Shown piece after piece: positions 17,939 through 27,220 of a stretch of DNA of 61,575 bases (the first letter of the stretch is position 1; every line of letters begins with the position of its first letter). This DNA comes from a virus. The stretch lies in the IMG/VR virus record IMGVR_UViG_3300000358_000010. One strand, given 5' to 3'. The notes under the pieces are model-generated. The model had not been told where the DNA came from. It did no database searches and worked only from the letters and a program-made list of their open reading frames with translations. The position numbers and the translations under genes are program-made.

Positions 17939-20900
17939 TTAGGGAGCTAAGCCTACGATATTCTTTTTAACTTCTGCTATATCTTTCTGCATTTGTTGAA
18001 TAGGCTTCACTATAGCTCCAGTATTCTCCGAAATTTGCATCAGTTCAAGATAAGAATTAGCAATTAAATTCCTCGTATCATCCGCAATATTCCTTACCTC
18101 TGTATTCACAGAAAGAATTGTATCAGCCTTTGCCGTCAGCAGATTGAGCGCTTGGGATTGGACTACGCTCTGATTCTTGATCTCTTCCCCAGTTATCTGT
18201 AAAGCAGTAAAACGTCCGTTTAGTTCTTCTCCAGTATCTTGAGACATGGCCTCAAATCCTCTTTTTGTAGAATCCTGAGAGGAAGATTCGGATGTCCAGC
18301 CAAGCAACTCTTTCAATTTATCCCGCTCTTTAACCGCGTCGGTAACAATGTCGTTCCATTGCTCCTGCAACTTTTTATAATTTTCCTCAGAAATACCTGT
18401 TTTATTATCGTTAGCAGCAGCAAAAGCATCATACCATTTTTGTAGTTCGGCTTTATACTTATTACCAAGCATAGTGGTAAGCATAGCCTTCTGCATATAC
18501 CTCTCAAAATTATTAGCAAAGTCTTTTGCCGAACTATCCATATCCATCAAGGTATCGACAAAGTTATCAAATACACTATCAAATGAAACTTGGGTAAGCT
18601 GTTCTTTTACTTGGTTCTGTATATCCTCTAATTTCTCAGAGCCATTGACAATATCCTGTATGTATTTTACAAAGTCACCGTTTACAGTATTAAGGACAGA
18701 TACCAGTTTAGGATCGGCAAGCACTTCTTTTAGTTGTTCTGCAGAAAGATTAAGCAATGACTCTGCATTCGTGACAGATTCACCGACAGCACCGGATATC
18801 CTATCCCAATCCTTTTTACTAAGTCTTTTTTCTATTCGTTTGCCTAAAGAACTTGATCCAATACTTGAGCCGCTTTGCCTTAATTCATTCAGAAGTTCAT
18901 AATATCTTTGGGTTTGTTGCTTTATCAGGCTTTCGGCCTCTTTCCCTACTTTATAGGCTTCATCCCCATAGGATATTTTAATATACTCTTTCTTCTTGTC
19001 TATTAAAGTGTCCCACACGGAATTGAGTGCTTCATATTGAGACTTCATCTCATTGTATCGGGAATAATCAGCGCCAAACAAACCATCCAAGGCCTTTACA
19101 ACTGATGAAATACCGGAAACAGCACTCATGGCACCACCTACAATATCACCGGACATTATCTGGCCAACTCCCATGGCTGTTTGGCCAACTCCACCTAACG
19201 CATCAGAAATACCAGCTATTTTATTACCAAGATCGTCGTTGCCAAATATTGTACCAAGATCCTGACCAAACTGAGATATAGCAGGAGTAAATTGAACAAT
19301 AGCACTTCCGATCCCTGCAATCCCTCGAGCAATATTTTCCTGACCTCCTTTCGCTATTTCACCTGCCGCTTCTTTTACTTGCTTTTTGAAAAGCGCAAAA
19401 GGACTCTTTGCTCCCAATTCCTCTTTTAAACGACCAATAGCATTTCTTAGTGCCTCTGTTTGCTCGGTTGAAAGTTCTAAATTTTGAAGGGTATTGTCAC
19501 TTATCCCAAGACCTAAAATATCCTTCTTTGAAACTGTCTTTCCACCGATTTGAGCATTTCCCTGTTCATCCTTAATGGCAGCGAGGTATTGCATCAATAA
19601 TTCGGCTTTTTCAATGATGCCCTGAATCTCGTTCACACTCTTTTGGGAAGCATCAACAAAAAGCTGTCCCATTAAAGTCGTACTATTCTTTACGGAGTTG
19701 TCAAAATCATCAAGTGCATTAGCTTTCTCTTTCATCAAGATAGCTGCATCGCCTGCCGTTTCGGCCTCCTTTATGGCCTTATCATATTTCTCAATAATGG
19801 CCAGCCTTTTCTGTTGATAGTTGCCAAACTTGATAAGATATTCGTTCCAAGACGCCTCTTGATCGCGTATCTTATCATCAAGTTGCTTTTTGGACGTATT
19901 TTCTATAATGGTATCCCAGATAGAGCTAATCTTCCCTGTATCCACCTTAGAAGAATCAAAAGTTTTTTTCTGGTAATTATTATTTTCTTTAGCCTTCAAC
20001 TCTTCCTGAGCATCAAAAATCTCTTTCTCAGCTTGAATTACAGCCTGAATCATATCTTCTTTTTGTCTTTCCAGTGATTGGATCTCTTTCCGGTTATCCA
20101 ATTCCCTCTGCATACGCTTCTTCTCAGCTCCTTCAGTCATGGCATCGATCTCAGACTGTGAGATTTCCATTTCCATATCTTCAGCCTGCCTTTTACGCTG
20201 GATTGCCTGTTTGCGTTCTATTTCAGAGATCTTATCATTCTGGGAACGAATGCCTTCTTGCTGTTTGCGAAGCTTGTTAGCAGCAGATTCTTGCTTGGAA
20301 GAGGTGTCATAAACCTTTAATTCTTTTTCGGCTTCTTTCAGCTTCTTGACATTATCCTTGTAACTCTTTACAACAGCAGCATCTATACCTTTGAAGTTAC
20401 CAGCATCCATTAATTTCTTTTGAGAAGACGCAATAGATTCTAAGTTTTTTTCAGCTTCTTTCTTTTGATTAGTCCAATAAGATTTATTTTTTGTTTCCGT
20501 TTTAGAATTACGTGAATTTAATTCTGATTCAAGTACATCTATTCTGTTTTGTAACTCAGATTCAGTCGTAGCACCTTTCAATGAACCAACACCAACATTC
20601 AAGGAATACCACTTATTATTCTTCCTTGCTTGTTGAAGGCGTTTCATTTCATTCAGTTCTGATTTTATCTGAACATCAGTATTTTTCTTTAAATCAAGTT
20701 GCCATTGAGCGAGTTCATCAGAACGGACTTCTTTTTGATAATTTCTGAGGACATTTCTTTCTTCATCCAATTTTGATTTCAAAGTAGATAAAGTTTCATT
20801 CTTATATTTATCAGCAAGTTGCTTTTCTGATTCATTCAAACTATTTTTATGAAAATTCGGGTCTTCTCCAAACCTTTTCCATAATCCGATAACTTGTTCG

Positions 20901-22852
20901 TACTCACTAATTAATTTTTGAGAGTTGCTGTAATTGGATTTGTTTTCTTTTACCTTTTCTTTACCAACCTCTTCATTGTATTCTTTCCATAAAGCTATCA
21001 AATCCCTAATATGACCTTTTTCATCGATGTATTTTTGAAATAGAACTGGGTATTCATCTTTTATAGCTTTCATAGCCTTTACTCTATCCATAGAAGAGGT
21101 ATATTCGTTTTGAATAGCGGAAACCAGTTCTTCAAGTCTTTGTTTATGCTCTTGCTCTTTTTTTACAGACTGTTCCTTTTGTTCGTCAAATCTTTTTTGA
21201 GCTTTCTCGGCAGCAGACGTATGATCTGCAAGAATCCACATAGCAGCAGAAGCACCCACAATTAAAGTAGTAACTAAGACATACGGATTAGCAAGCATTG
21301 TTTTATTTAATAATGCCTGTTGCACAGTCATAGCTTTAGTTGCTGCAATATTTTTTATTGTTGCTGCAAATTGTAATTCTTTAGTGGCTATATCATAAAC
21401 GCCATAGGTTTTAGAAATTGCATAGTAAGCAATAGTTGCAGCACGGTATGCGCCATAAGTACCGATTAACCCAATTAAGATACGCCCGATTTCTTCATAG
21501 TGTTCTACAGCTATTGTAGCCATAGAAATGGTTTTAGATGAGAGGCTTTGAGTGTCTTCTCCTATTGAATTTAACATCCCATCCCACGCATCACCAAGAT
21601 TACTAATTTGCCCAGATAAAGTTTCAGATTGTTTCTGCATTAAATTGTAGAACTGCCCCCCTTCATCAGTCATTTTCTTAATAACTTTCTCTACTTCCGG
21701 GAAACCTATCTGCCCCGCAGTCACCATCTTGTTTATTTCTTGTTCGGTTTTACCAAGCATGGATGCGAGTTCCTTTACAAGAGGAATACCACGCCCCATG
21801 AACTGACGAACATCTTGAGTGAATAAACGCCCTTGCGTCTGAGTTGTGCCGTAGAGGTAAACCATATCGCCCAAAGGAATAGATAAACCAGATGCAATAT
21901 TACCAAGACGCACAAGAGTATCATTTACATCTTTGGCTTCTGTTCCATAAGCAAGTAGCTGTTTTGCACCATCCGCAACACCTTGAAGGTCAAACGGTGT
22001 TTTGGCAGCAGTTTGCACCATTTGAGACATTAAAGTATCTGCCTTCTCTTTACTTCCCAGCATGGTTTCAAAGGCAACTTGTGTTTTTTGAAATTCACCA
22101 CGAATCCGAATGACATCAGAGGCAAACTTTTGCAACGTGGCTATGCCTCCTATGCGCAAAAGTGATTTTTCAAAATGATCCATGACAAGAGTGGCTTCTT
22201 GTTGTGCACCAGCGGTCTTTCCCACAACCTTTTCATAATTGCGAGTTTCATCGGAAAGTCCCTTTACCGCAAGTTTTGCGCGTTCTTGTTCAGCTTTTAA
22301 CGCATTCAAAGTAACCCGTTGTTGTTCAAGTTCCTTTTGCTTTGAGGTTATCTGAGTTCGAATACCAACCTTATCACCTTTATCAGCATTCCTATATTCA
22401 GCATTCAATGAACGCACTTCCGATTGCAGATTGGCAACTACTTGCTTTTGTTTGATAAATCTTTCTGTTACTTCATCTGTAACCTTTTGAGCCTTTCCAA
22501 GAGTAGTAACTAAATTATCACAAGCCTTTCCGAATTTATTACTCAATGCAACAGTATCATCAATCAGAGCATCACGTTCTTTTGACGACTTAGAAAGTTG
22601 CGTATTTAATGAATCAAATTTATTTTTCTCCCAAATAGGATTAACTGTAAGGATATCCTTTTTAATACTATCAATCTGCGCACGCTTCTTCTCTAATTCA
22701 GTTTTTAATCGCTCAAATTCTTTCACCCAATGGTCGAAACTAAAGTTTTCGCCTTTGATACGAACCATAGTTTTTTCAATCTGTTCAATCTCTGTTCTGA
22801 ACTTTTTCACAGGGGATGTGTCGGCATCAACACGAAATACTAGTTTGGGCAT
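17939..22852 (-). CDS. Tail tape measure protein (1637 aa)
   Basis: Long coiled coils plus a TP901-type core (GLSIPLGDMVYLYGTTQTQGRLFTQDVRQFMGRGIPL) and TM-like segments. Confidence 0.9.
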   Translation of the reverse strand: MPKLVFRVDADTSPVKKFRTEIEQIEKTMVRIKGENFSFDHWVKEFERLKTELEKKRAQIDSIKKDILTVNPIWEKNKFDSLNTQLSKSSKERDALIDDTVALSNKFGKACDNLVTTLGKAQKVTDEVTERFIKQKQVVANLQSEVRSLNAEYRNADKGDKVGIRTQITSKQKELEQQRVTLNALKAEQERAKLAVKGLSDETRNYEKVVGKTAGAQQEATLVMDHFEKSLLRIGGIATLQKFASDVIRIRGEFQKTQVAFETMLGSKEKADTLMSQMVQTAAKTPFDLQGVADGAKQLLAYGTEAKDVNDTLVRLGNIASGLSIPLGDMVYLYGTTQTQGRLFTQDVRQFMGRGIPLVKELASMLGKTEQEINKMVTAGQIGFPEVEKVIKKMTDEGGQFYNLMQKQSETLSGQISNLGDAWDGMLNSIGEDTQSLSSKTISMATIAVEHYEEIGRILIGLIGTYGAYRAATIAYYAISKTYGVYDIATKELQFAATIKNIAATKAMTVQQALLNKTMLANPYVLVTTLIVGASAAMWILADHTSAAEKAQKRFDEQKEQSVKKEQEHKQRLEELVSAIQNEYTSSMDRVKAMKAIKDEYPVLFQKYIDEKGHIRDLIALWKEYNEEVGKEKVKENKSNYSNSQKLISEYEQVIGLWKRFGEDPNFHKNSLNESEKQLADKYKNETLSTLKSKLDEERNVLRNYQKEVRSDELAQWQLDLKKNTDVQIKSELNEMKRLQQARKNNKWYSLNVGVGSLKGATTESELQNRIDVLESELNSRNSKTETKNKSYWTNQKKEAEKNLESIASSQKKLMDAGNFKGIDAAVVKSYKDNVKKLKEAEKELKVYDTSSKQESAANKLRKQQEGIRSQNDKISEIERKQAIQRKRQAEDMEMEISQSEIDAMTEGAEKKRMQRELDNRKEIQSLERQKEDMIQAVIQAEKEIFDAQEELKAKENNNYQKKTFDSSKVDTGKISSIWDTIIENTSKKQLDDKIRDQEASWNEYLIKFGNYQQKRLAIIEKYDKAIKEAETAGDAAILMKEKANALDDFDNSVKNSTTLMGQLFVDASQKSVNEIQGIIEKAELLMQYLAAIKDEQGNAQIGGKTVSKKDILGLGISDNTLQNLELSTEQTEALRNAIGRLKEELGAKSPFALFKKQVKEAAGEIAKGGQENIARGIAGIGSAIVQFTPAISQFGQDLGTIFGNDDLGNKIAGISDALGGVGQTAMGVGQIMSGDIVGGAMSAVSGISSVVKALDGLFGADYSRYNEMKSQYEALNSVWDTLIDKKKEYIKISYGDEAYKVGKEAESLIKQQTQRYYELLNELRQSGSSIGSSSLGKRIEKRLSKKDWDRISGAVGESVTNAESLLNLSAEQLKEVLADPKLVSVLNTVNGDFVKYIQDIVNGSEKLEDIQNQVKEQLTQVSFDSVFDNFVDTLMDMDSSAKDFANNFERYMQKAMLTTMLGNKYKAELQKWYDAFAAANDNKTGISEENYKKLQEQWNDIVTDAVKERDKLKELLGWTSESSSQDSTKRGFEAMSQDTGEELNGRFTALQITGEEIKNQSVVQSQALNLLTAKADTILSVNTEVRNIADDTRNLIANSYLELMQISENTGAIVKPIQQMQKDIAEVKKNIVGLAP

Positions 22853-23064
22853 ATCTTCCGATTTTAAATAAGTTAATACTCAAAGTTACGACACGCCTAA
22901 TCTTTATAGCGACTTTTTTCAGTCAAATACGAAACAATCAGGCTGTTGTCACGAAATAAATGTGAAAGTAGATATTGGAAGATTATTTTGCTATTTCTAA
23001 GATAGCAAATCCACGACATTAGAATAATTGTCGTAAAATAATTGGGAGTGATTGGATTTCTTGG

Positions 23065-23072
23065 TAATTTTG
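23065..23072 (+). promoter_or_regulatory. -7 box TAATTTTG
   Basis: Lies 29 nt upstream of the ATG at 23101. Confidence 0.55.
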
Positions 23073-23100
23073 CGTATTGTTTAACTAAAAATATATTATT

Positions 23101-23436
23101 ATGGAAGGTATGTTCAACTTTGTAGGAATTATTATTATAGTGTTTGGTGTTCTCCAAATTATCTTATTTTTTAAAATATGGGGAATGACTGATGATATTA
23201 GATCCATCAAAAATAAATACATAGATAATATAGCAAAATCAACTATTTCTACTTCATCTAACAGGCTTCAATATAGAGTCGGTGACTTAGTTGTGAGCGT
23301 AAAAAATGACAAGCAAATGCGAATAAAAGAAATAAAAGGTGAAAAATATAGTTGCTATTCAAATAATGGCATGACTTATGAAGGAGATTTTTTTGAATCT
23401 GAAATAAGACTTTTTAATTCACTTTCAAGTATCTAA
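23101..23436 (+). CDS. Membrane-anchored protein (111 aa); N-terminus paralogous to 59221..59640
   Basis: N-terminal TM segment IIIIVFGVLQIILFFKIWGMTDDI compared with ILLIFGVLQIILFFKVWGMTNDV in the other gene. Confidence 0.65.
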   Translation: MEGMFNFVGIIIIVFGVLQIILFFKIWGMTDDIRSIKNKYIDNIAKSTISTSSNRLQYRVGDLVVSVKNDKQMRIKEIKGEKYSCYSNNGMTYEGDFFESEIRLFNSLSSI

Positions 23437-23458
23437 AATAAAGGGTGATTGTGATTAC

Positions 23459-23749
23459 TCACCCTTCCAAATTCTTCCTTATTAGTTCAATTGCATCACA
23501 TAGTTGCTCAACCTTCACATTCTCAATCTCTGTTTGAGCAAGCTCTTGCCCTACTTCAAGGGCTTTCTCTTCATCACCATCAAAAATGGCAGTTAGAATA
23601 AAGAGAATAGCATCACCAACATCCGTCTTGCCTTCTGAATCCAGATCAAGTATTGTTAGTCCTTTAATTTTTTCTGTAAGCACTTCTAATGTACTTGGAG
23701 GGATTGTTCCTAAAAGGAAAGGCCTATTGCCGATATAAATTTTATCCAT
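23459..23749 (-). CDS. Hypothetical acidic protein (96 aa)
   Basis: ORF track. No motif recognised. Confidence 0.5.
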   Translation of the reverse strand: MDKIYIGNRPFLLGTIPPSTLEVLTEKIKGLTILDLDSEGKTDVGDAILFILTAIFDGDEEKALEVGQELAQTEIENVKVEQLCDAIELIRKNLEG

Positions 23750-23828
23750 GAGTTTTTTGTTTTAAAGATACAAAGTTTTATGAAGATATATAATAGCGCA
23801 CGCCAACTTAATGACGTGCGCATTTATT

Positions 23829-24602
23829 TTAAGCCGCATCTTTACCCAAGAACTTTTCCACAAAGTAAATCTGCCCTTTACCTGTCACTTTGGTAGTGGT
23901 AGTTACCAATACAGAACCGTCCGGCTTGGTGATTGAGGTCTGTTTCAACTCAAACAATCCCAATTCCATAGCTTTTTGCGTTGGTTGATTGTAATACTGT
24001 CCTTTCTGACAGAGATAACCATTTTCACGCATCCAAGTAAACAAGCGGTTCTGACCGATATTAACCCCATTTTGCTGCAATATCTTCGCCAGTTCGGCAA
24101 CCAAACATGAGCGTTGAGAAGTTGAAACAGCGTCAGCAAAAAGAACTTTGGGCGCATCTTTCTGAATCTTCTGTTCTGCTTCGATACGTTTTTGCTTTTC
24201 TTCTTTCAGATTGGTCGCAAGTTGAATGAGAAAATCCGGTGAGGTGAGAGCCTTTTCAAGCGTTTCGTTCGTCATGTATGCACCATACTTACGAATGGAT
24301 GGCAGTACTTCATCGCATACCCAATCTTGAAATTTTTCAGCATCAGGCAAATTACTTCTCATTATCAAACGATATACATCTTTTTCTGGAATATATACCA
24401 TATTAATACCTCCAGCACTATTTTCGTGTGGGTGATATACCTTTTTGCCTGATTTACAATGCCTTTGAATGGCATCTGCTGTATCTATATATCCAAGTGC
24501 ATTAGCTACATCCTTTGCGCAAAACAAAGGTTCATCACTCTCATTCATCGCAATTCTCACTTTTCCGAACTGCTCATTTTGGAAAATCTGAATATTATTC
24601 AT
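23829..24602 (-). CDS. Antirepressor-type protein (Bro-N plus KilA-C/ANT-like)
   Basis: N-terminus FGKVRIAMNESDEPLFCAKDVANALGY is Bro-N-like. The C-terminal region is ANT/KilAC-like (LFTWMRENGYL). Confidence 0.75.
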   Translation of the reverse strand: MNNIQIFQNEQFGKVRIAMNESDEPLFCAKDVANALGYIDTADAIQRHCKSGKKVYHPHENSAGGINMVYIPEKDVYRLIMRSNLPDAEKFQDWVCDEVLPSIRKYGAYMTNETLEKALTSPDFLIQLATNLKEEKQKRIEAEQKIQKDAPKVLFADAVSTSQRSCLVAELAKILQQNGVNIGQNRLFTWMRENGYLCQKGQYYNQPTQKAMELGLFELKQTSITKPDGSVLVTTTTKVTGKGQIYFVEKFLGKDAA

Positions 24603-24908
24603 ACTTTTACACAGTTTTAAAAATTAGACCCCACCAAAGGCAAGCTCCTCACTTCTTACCAATGGCGGGGTTTATACTTTTCAGCCGTGAGGATAGCTGC
24701 GTTATTTCTGTTTGCGAATTTACCACTAACCGATTGCGTGACCTAAAAAGTGTCGTGCGTAGTCACGACAACCAATCCATTGTCGTAAATTCATTGCAAA
24801 CTTATCTTATAATCGTGTAAGAGAAGAATTTTCATCCACTTGGCTTGTGACATCAGAGCTATTGTCACAAAATAATTGGCGGTTCTCTAATTCTATGCTG
24901 TTTCATAC

Positions 24909-25160
24909 TCATTTCTTTAATACTTCATCAATCATATTACGAAGTTCTTTCAACTCTTCTTCGGTCAAGCCGTACACATTACCCAATGCAGAAGGTTTCT
25001 CTATTTTAAGAGCGTATTTTCCCCCCCCTATTGCTTTTATATTGGTATGATACCGATACTAAATCGTTTACTCATTTCTTGTTACTTTTAAGTTTATTAC
25101 TATGTTTCCAATCTCTGATTTGGTAGCTCGGTTTGGTGGTGGTCTGATATTAAGGTTCAT
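24909..25160 (-). pseudogene. Degenerate or frameshifted small-gene remnant containing a C8/G8 homopolymer
   Basis: Three short frames: a 30-aa ORF, a 12-aa ORF, and a start-less segment ...KAIGGGKYALKIEKPSALGNVYGLTEEELKELRNMIDEVLKK*. The run of 8 C lies at 25021..25028. Confidence 0.3.
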
Positions 25161-25162
25161 AA

Positions 25163-25411
25163 TCATTTCGTTAAAGTTTCAACCCTGCCACTCATTGTTG
25201 TGCCGATAATATACGCCACATCATTGGCACAGTTATTCAATCTGCCTACCGTTTCATCCATACAGTCCCATTGCCCGGCATCCCTCAGTTCTTTTTCATC
25301 CATTGCCGATTGTACGATATTACGAGCTTGATTGATAAGACACATCGCTTTCAGTAATTCAGAGTGAACAGCTTTGTTCTTTATCTCTTCAATGTTTATT
25401 TCTGGTATCAT
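25163..25411 (-). CDS. Hypothetical protein (82 aa), divergent from the HTH gene
   Basis: ORF track. ACGATTATG start context. Promoter box at 25470..25477. Confidence 0.6.
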   Translation of the reverse strand: MIPEINIEEIKNKAVHSELLKAMCLINQARNIVQSAMDEKELRDAGQWDCMDETVGRLNNCANDVAYIIGTTMSGRVETLTK

Positions 25412-25448
25412 AATCGTTATATTTTATGTGTTAGTATTCTATTTTATC

Positions 25449-25485
25449 TTATGTGATAATTTTACAATGCAAATATATCACATAA
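25449..25485. promoter_or_regulatory. Operator-like 10-bp inverted repeat (TTATGTGATA / TATCACATAA) bracketing a minus-strand -7 box (25470..25477)
   Basis: Exact inverted repeat with a 17-nt spacer containing CAAATATA (reverse complement TATATTTG). Lies in the divergent intergenic region. Confidence 0.6.
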
Positions 25486-25583
25486 AGCAAATATAAACCA
25501 AATAAAAGAATAGTTATTTTTATCCCAAATGATATTTTTAACAATTAATCATATCATATATAGCAATTATTGGATTTTATATG

Positions 25584-25591
25584 TATATTTG
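25584..25591 (+). promoter_or_regulatory. -7 box TATATTTG for the HTH gene
   Basis: Lies 26 nt upstream of the ATG at 25617. Confidence 0.6.
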
Positions 25592-25616
25592 CATCATCAT
25601 AATTAATATATCATAT

Positions 25617-25901
25617 ATGAAATATAGAATTAAGGAGCTTTGCAAGGAAAAAGGCATTACATTGGAGTCTTTAGCCTTAGGAATTGGAACATCTCAAGCA
25701 AGTATTAGCCGAATCATTACGGGTAATGGAAATCCTACAATGGACAGTTTAGAAAGAATAGCTAAATTTCTCAATGTTGAAGTACCTGAATTATTCGTCA
25801 ATGACGGTGTGATGGGATTTATTAAAGCTAAAGGACAATTATTTGAAATAAATTCAATATCGGATATTGAAACTACATTAGAGACAATAAAACTATTGTA
25901 A
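25617..25901 (+). CDS. XRE-family HTH regulator (94 aa)
   Basis: Track ORF trimmed to MKYRIKELCKEKGITLESLALGIGTSQASISRIITG (HTH_3 pattern). Confidence 0.8.
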   Translation: MKYRIKELCKEKGITLESLALGIGTSQASISRIITGNGNPTMDSLERIAKFLNVEVPELFVNDGVMGFIKAKGQLFEINSISDIETTLETIKLL

Positions 25902-26054
25902 CTGTTTGCCCCATTTTCGGTACTAAATTCAAACTAAAGTAAAAAGAGGACTAAAAGCGGATGAATTTGAGTACAAAGGAGTAGTTTACACGATAAAATC
26001 ACGTTCTGACTTGGAAAATTTACTAAAAATAGTTGGTTAGTTAAAAATAGTATA

Positions 26055-26062
26055 TACTTTTG
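26055..26062 (+). promoter_or_regulatory. -7 box TACTTTTG
   Basis: Lies 31 nt upstream of the ATG at 26093. Confidence 0.55.
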
Positions 26063-26092
26063 CAATTTGTTTAATATTAAAAATACACGATT

Positions 26093-26779
26093 ATGAAGAA
26101 AATTTTATTCTTAGTGATTGCCTTATGTTGTTATACTTCTATTAATGCTCAAGTAATGAGGGCAGAAGAGTTAGAAGAATATGCCAAAGAGAGATATGGA
26201 GATAAGTGGACTGAAGCAGCAGCAACGTTAGGTTCTCAACTTGCTCTTGACAAGAACAATTCTCTGACTTATACCCAAATAATAGAATGCGGAGAATCGA
26301 ATAAAGAGCAGTTATATGTAACATTGAACTATTGGTTTACTGCTACATTCAATGACGCAAATTCCGTTATAAAATTAAATGATAAGGACACAGGAGTTAT
26401 AATAGCCGAAGGATACGTATCGGATATTGCCGGTCATGTAGGGGGAATGAACGCTTATAATATTAGTATTCGTCCAATTATAAAAGTGGATATAAAAGAT
26501 AAAAAAATACGCATTACTTACACAGTACAATATTATGATGTAATAAAGTCTTCAGGTGGTGGTATTATGGGAGCAATAGGAGGAACCATACCTGTAAATG
26601 GAAATGAGAAATGGGCCCTTGAGAGTTGCTATCCTTTTGTTGAAAAGGATCAGCATAAAGCTAAGAAAACATCATCAAAAGCACTTGTTATGACACATGC
26701 TTACTCTAATGTCATAATGGACAAAATTGAAGAAGCTGTAAAAAATGGAATTGTCGGAAATGAAAACGATAATTGGTAA
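26093..26779 (+). CDS. Secreted protein (228 aa), DUF4468-like (tentative)
   Basis: Signal peptide MKKILFLVIALCCYTSINA-Q. The N-terminal domain pattern is typical of Bacteroides DUF4468 proteins, recalled from memory. ACGATTATG start context. Confidence 0.7.
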   Translation: MKKILFLVIALCCYTSINAQVMRAEELEEYAKERYGDKWTEAAATLGSQLALDKNNSLTYTQIIECGESNKEQLYVTLNYWFTATFNDANSVIKLNDKDTGVIIAEGYVSDIAGHVGGMNAYNISIRPIIKVDIKDKKIRITYTVQYYDVIKSSGGGIMGAIGGTIPVNGNEKWALESCYPFVEKDQHKAKKTSSKALVMTHAYSNVIMDKIEEAVKNGIVGNENDNW

Positions 26780-26802
26780 TTTGCAATAACATATAAGGTT
26801 TC

Positions 26803-26832
26803 GCCCCGTTCCTTCTGATTCGGGGCTTTTTT
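26803..26832 (+). terminator. Intrinsic terminator
   Basis: Stem GCCCCG/CGGGGC followed by TTTTTT. Confidence 0.8.
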
Positions 26833-26918
26833 ATTGTTCACATAACTAAGTGCCGGTCCAATCTCAACTCTCAGAAAGCGTATAAATAGGATATGTCCCT
26901 TCACATGATTTTATAGCC

Positions 26919-26958
26919 GGTTCACATAAGAAACGCGCCGGTACTTCTTGTGTGAACC
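26919..26958. other. Strong 14-bp hairpin / inverted repeat, function unknown
   Basis: GGTTCACATAAGAA, a 12-nt GC-rich loop, then TTCTTGTGTGAACC. The single mismatch is a G-U pair in RNA. Confidence 0.6.
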
Positions 26959-27053
26959 TTCCTCTTATTAATTCTGTTTTATATGATAATAGATGTGATT
27001 TAGCTGATAGTCATGTTGATATTGGTTAAAAAGCTCGTTTTGAAAGTGCTATC

Positions 27054-27188
27054 ATGAGTAAGCCACCGGAAGAGATACAAAAGTATGGAAAAAGGATTAG
27101 TAAAACGACATTGCAATCTTTGTTTACCATTATTTCGACATTGATAGTCACATTTGTTTTTGTACTACAATTACTAAAGCTAACATAA
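27054..27188 (+). CDS. Small tail-anchored membrane peptide (44 aa), not in the ORF track
   Basis: MSKPPEEIQKYGKRISKTTLQSLFTIISTLIVTFVFVLQLLKLT*, followed directly by a terminator. Confidence 0.45.
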   Translation: MSKPPEEIQKYGKRISKTTLQSLFTIISTLIVTFVFVLQLLKLT

Positions 27189-27192
27189 TAAA

Positions 27193-27215
27193 AGCCGGAT
27201 TTCTCCGGCTTTTTC
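27193..27215. terminator. Bidirectional intrinsic terminator
   Basis: Stem AGCCGGA/TCCGGCT with a 4-nt loop. T-runs on both strands. Confidence 0.75.
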
Positions 27216-27220
27216 TTTAC

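Noticed and set aside
22897-23157. 86-aa minus-strand ORF
   Set aside because: AT-rich promoter region for the plus-strand gene at 23101. Asn/Tyr/Ile-rich, and it overlaps that gene's start.
23027-24789. 11-nt identical ATTGTCGTAAA at 23027..23037 and 24779..24789, as possible flanking direct repeats of an inserted module
   Set aside because: Hundreds of identical 11-mer pairs are expected by chance in 61.5 kb (N^2/2/4^11), so this is not significant on its own.
24515-25050. Plus-strand ORFs 24515..24820 and 24847..25050
   Set aside because: The first is antisense to the antirepressor's 5' end and runs into the intergenic region. The second reads through the C8 tract with a low-complexity Ser/Phe-rich translation. 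The minus-strand remnant explains the region better.
26701-26904. 67-aa minus-strand ORF (and 26142..26324)
   Set aside because: Antisense to the secreted-protein gene and its terminator.
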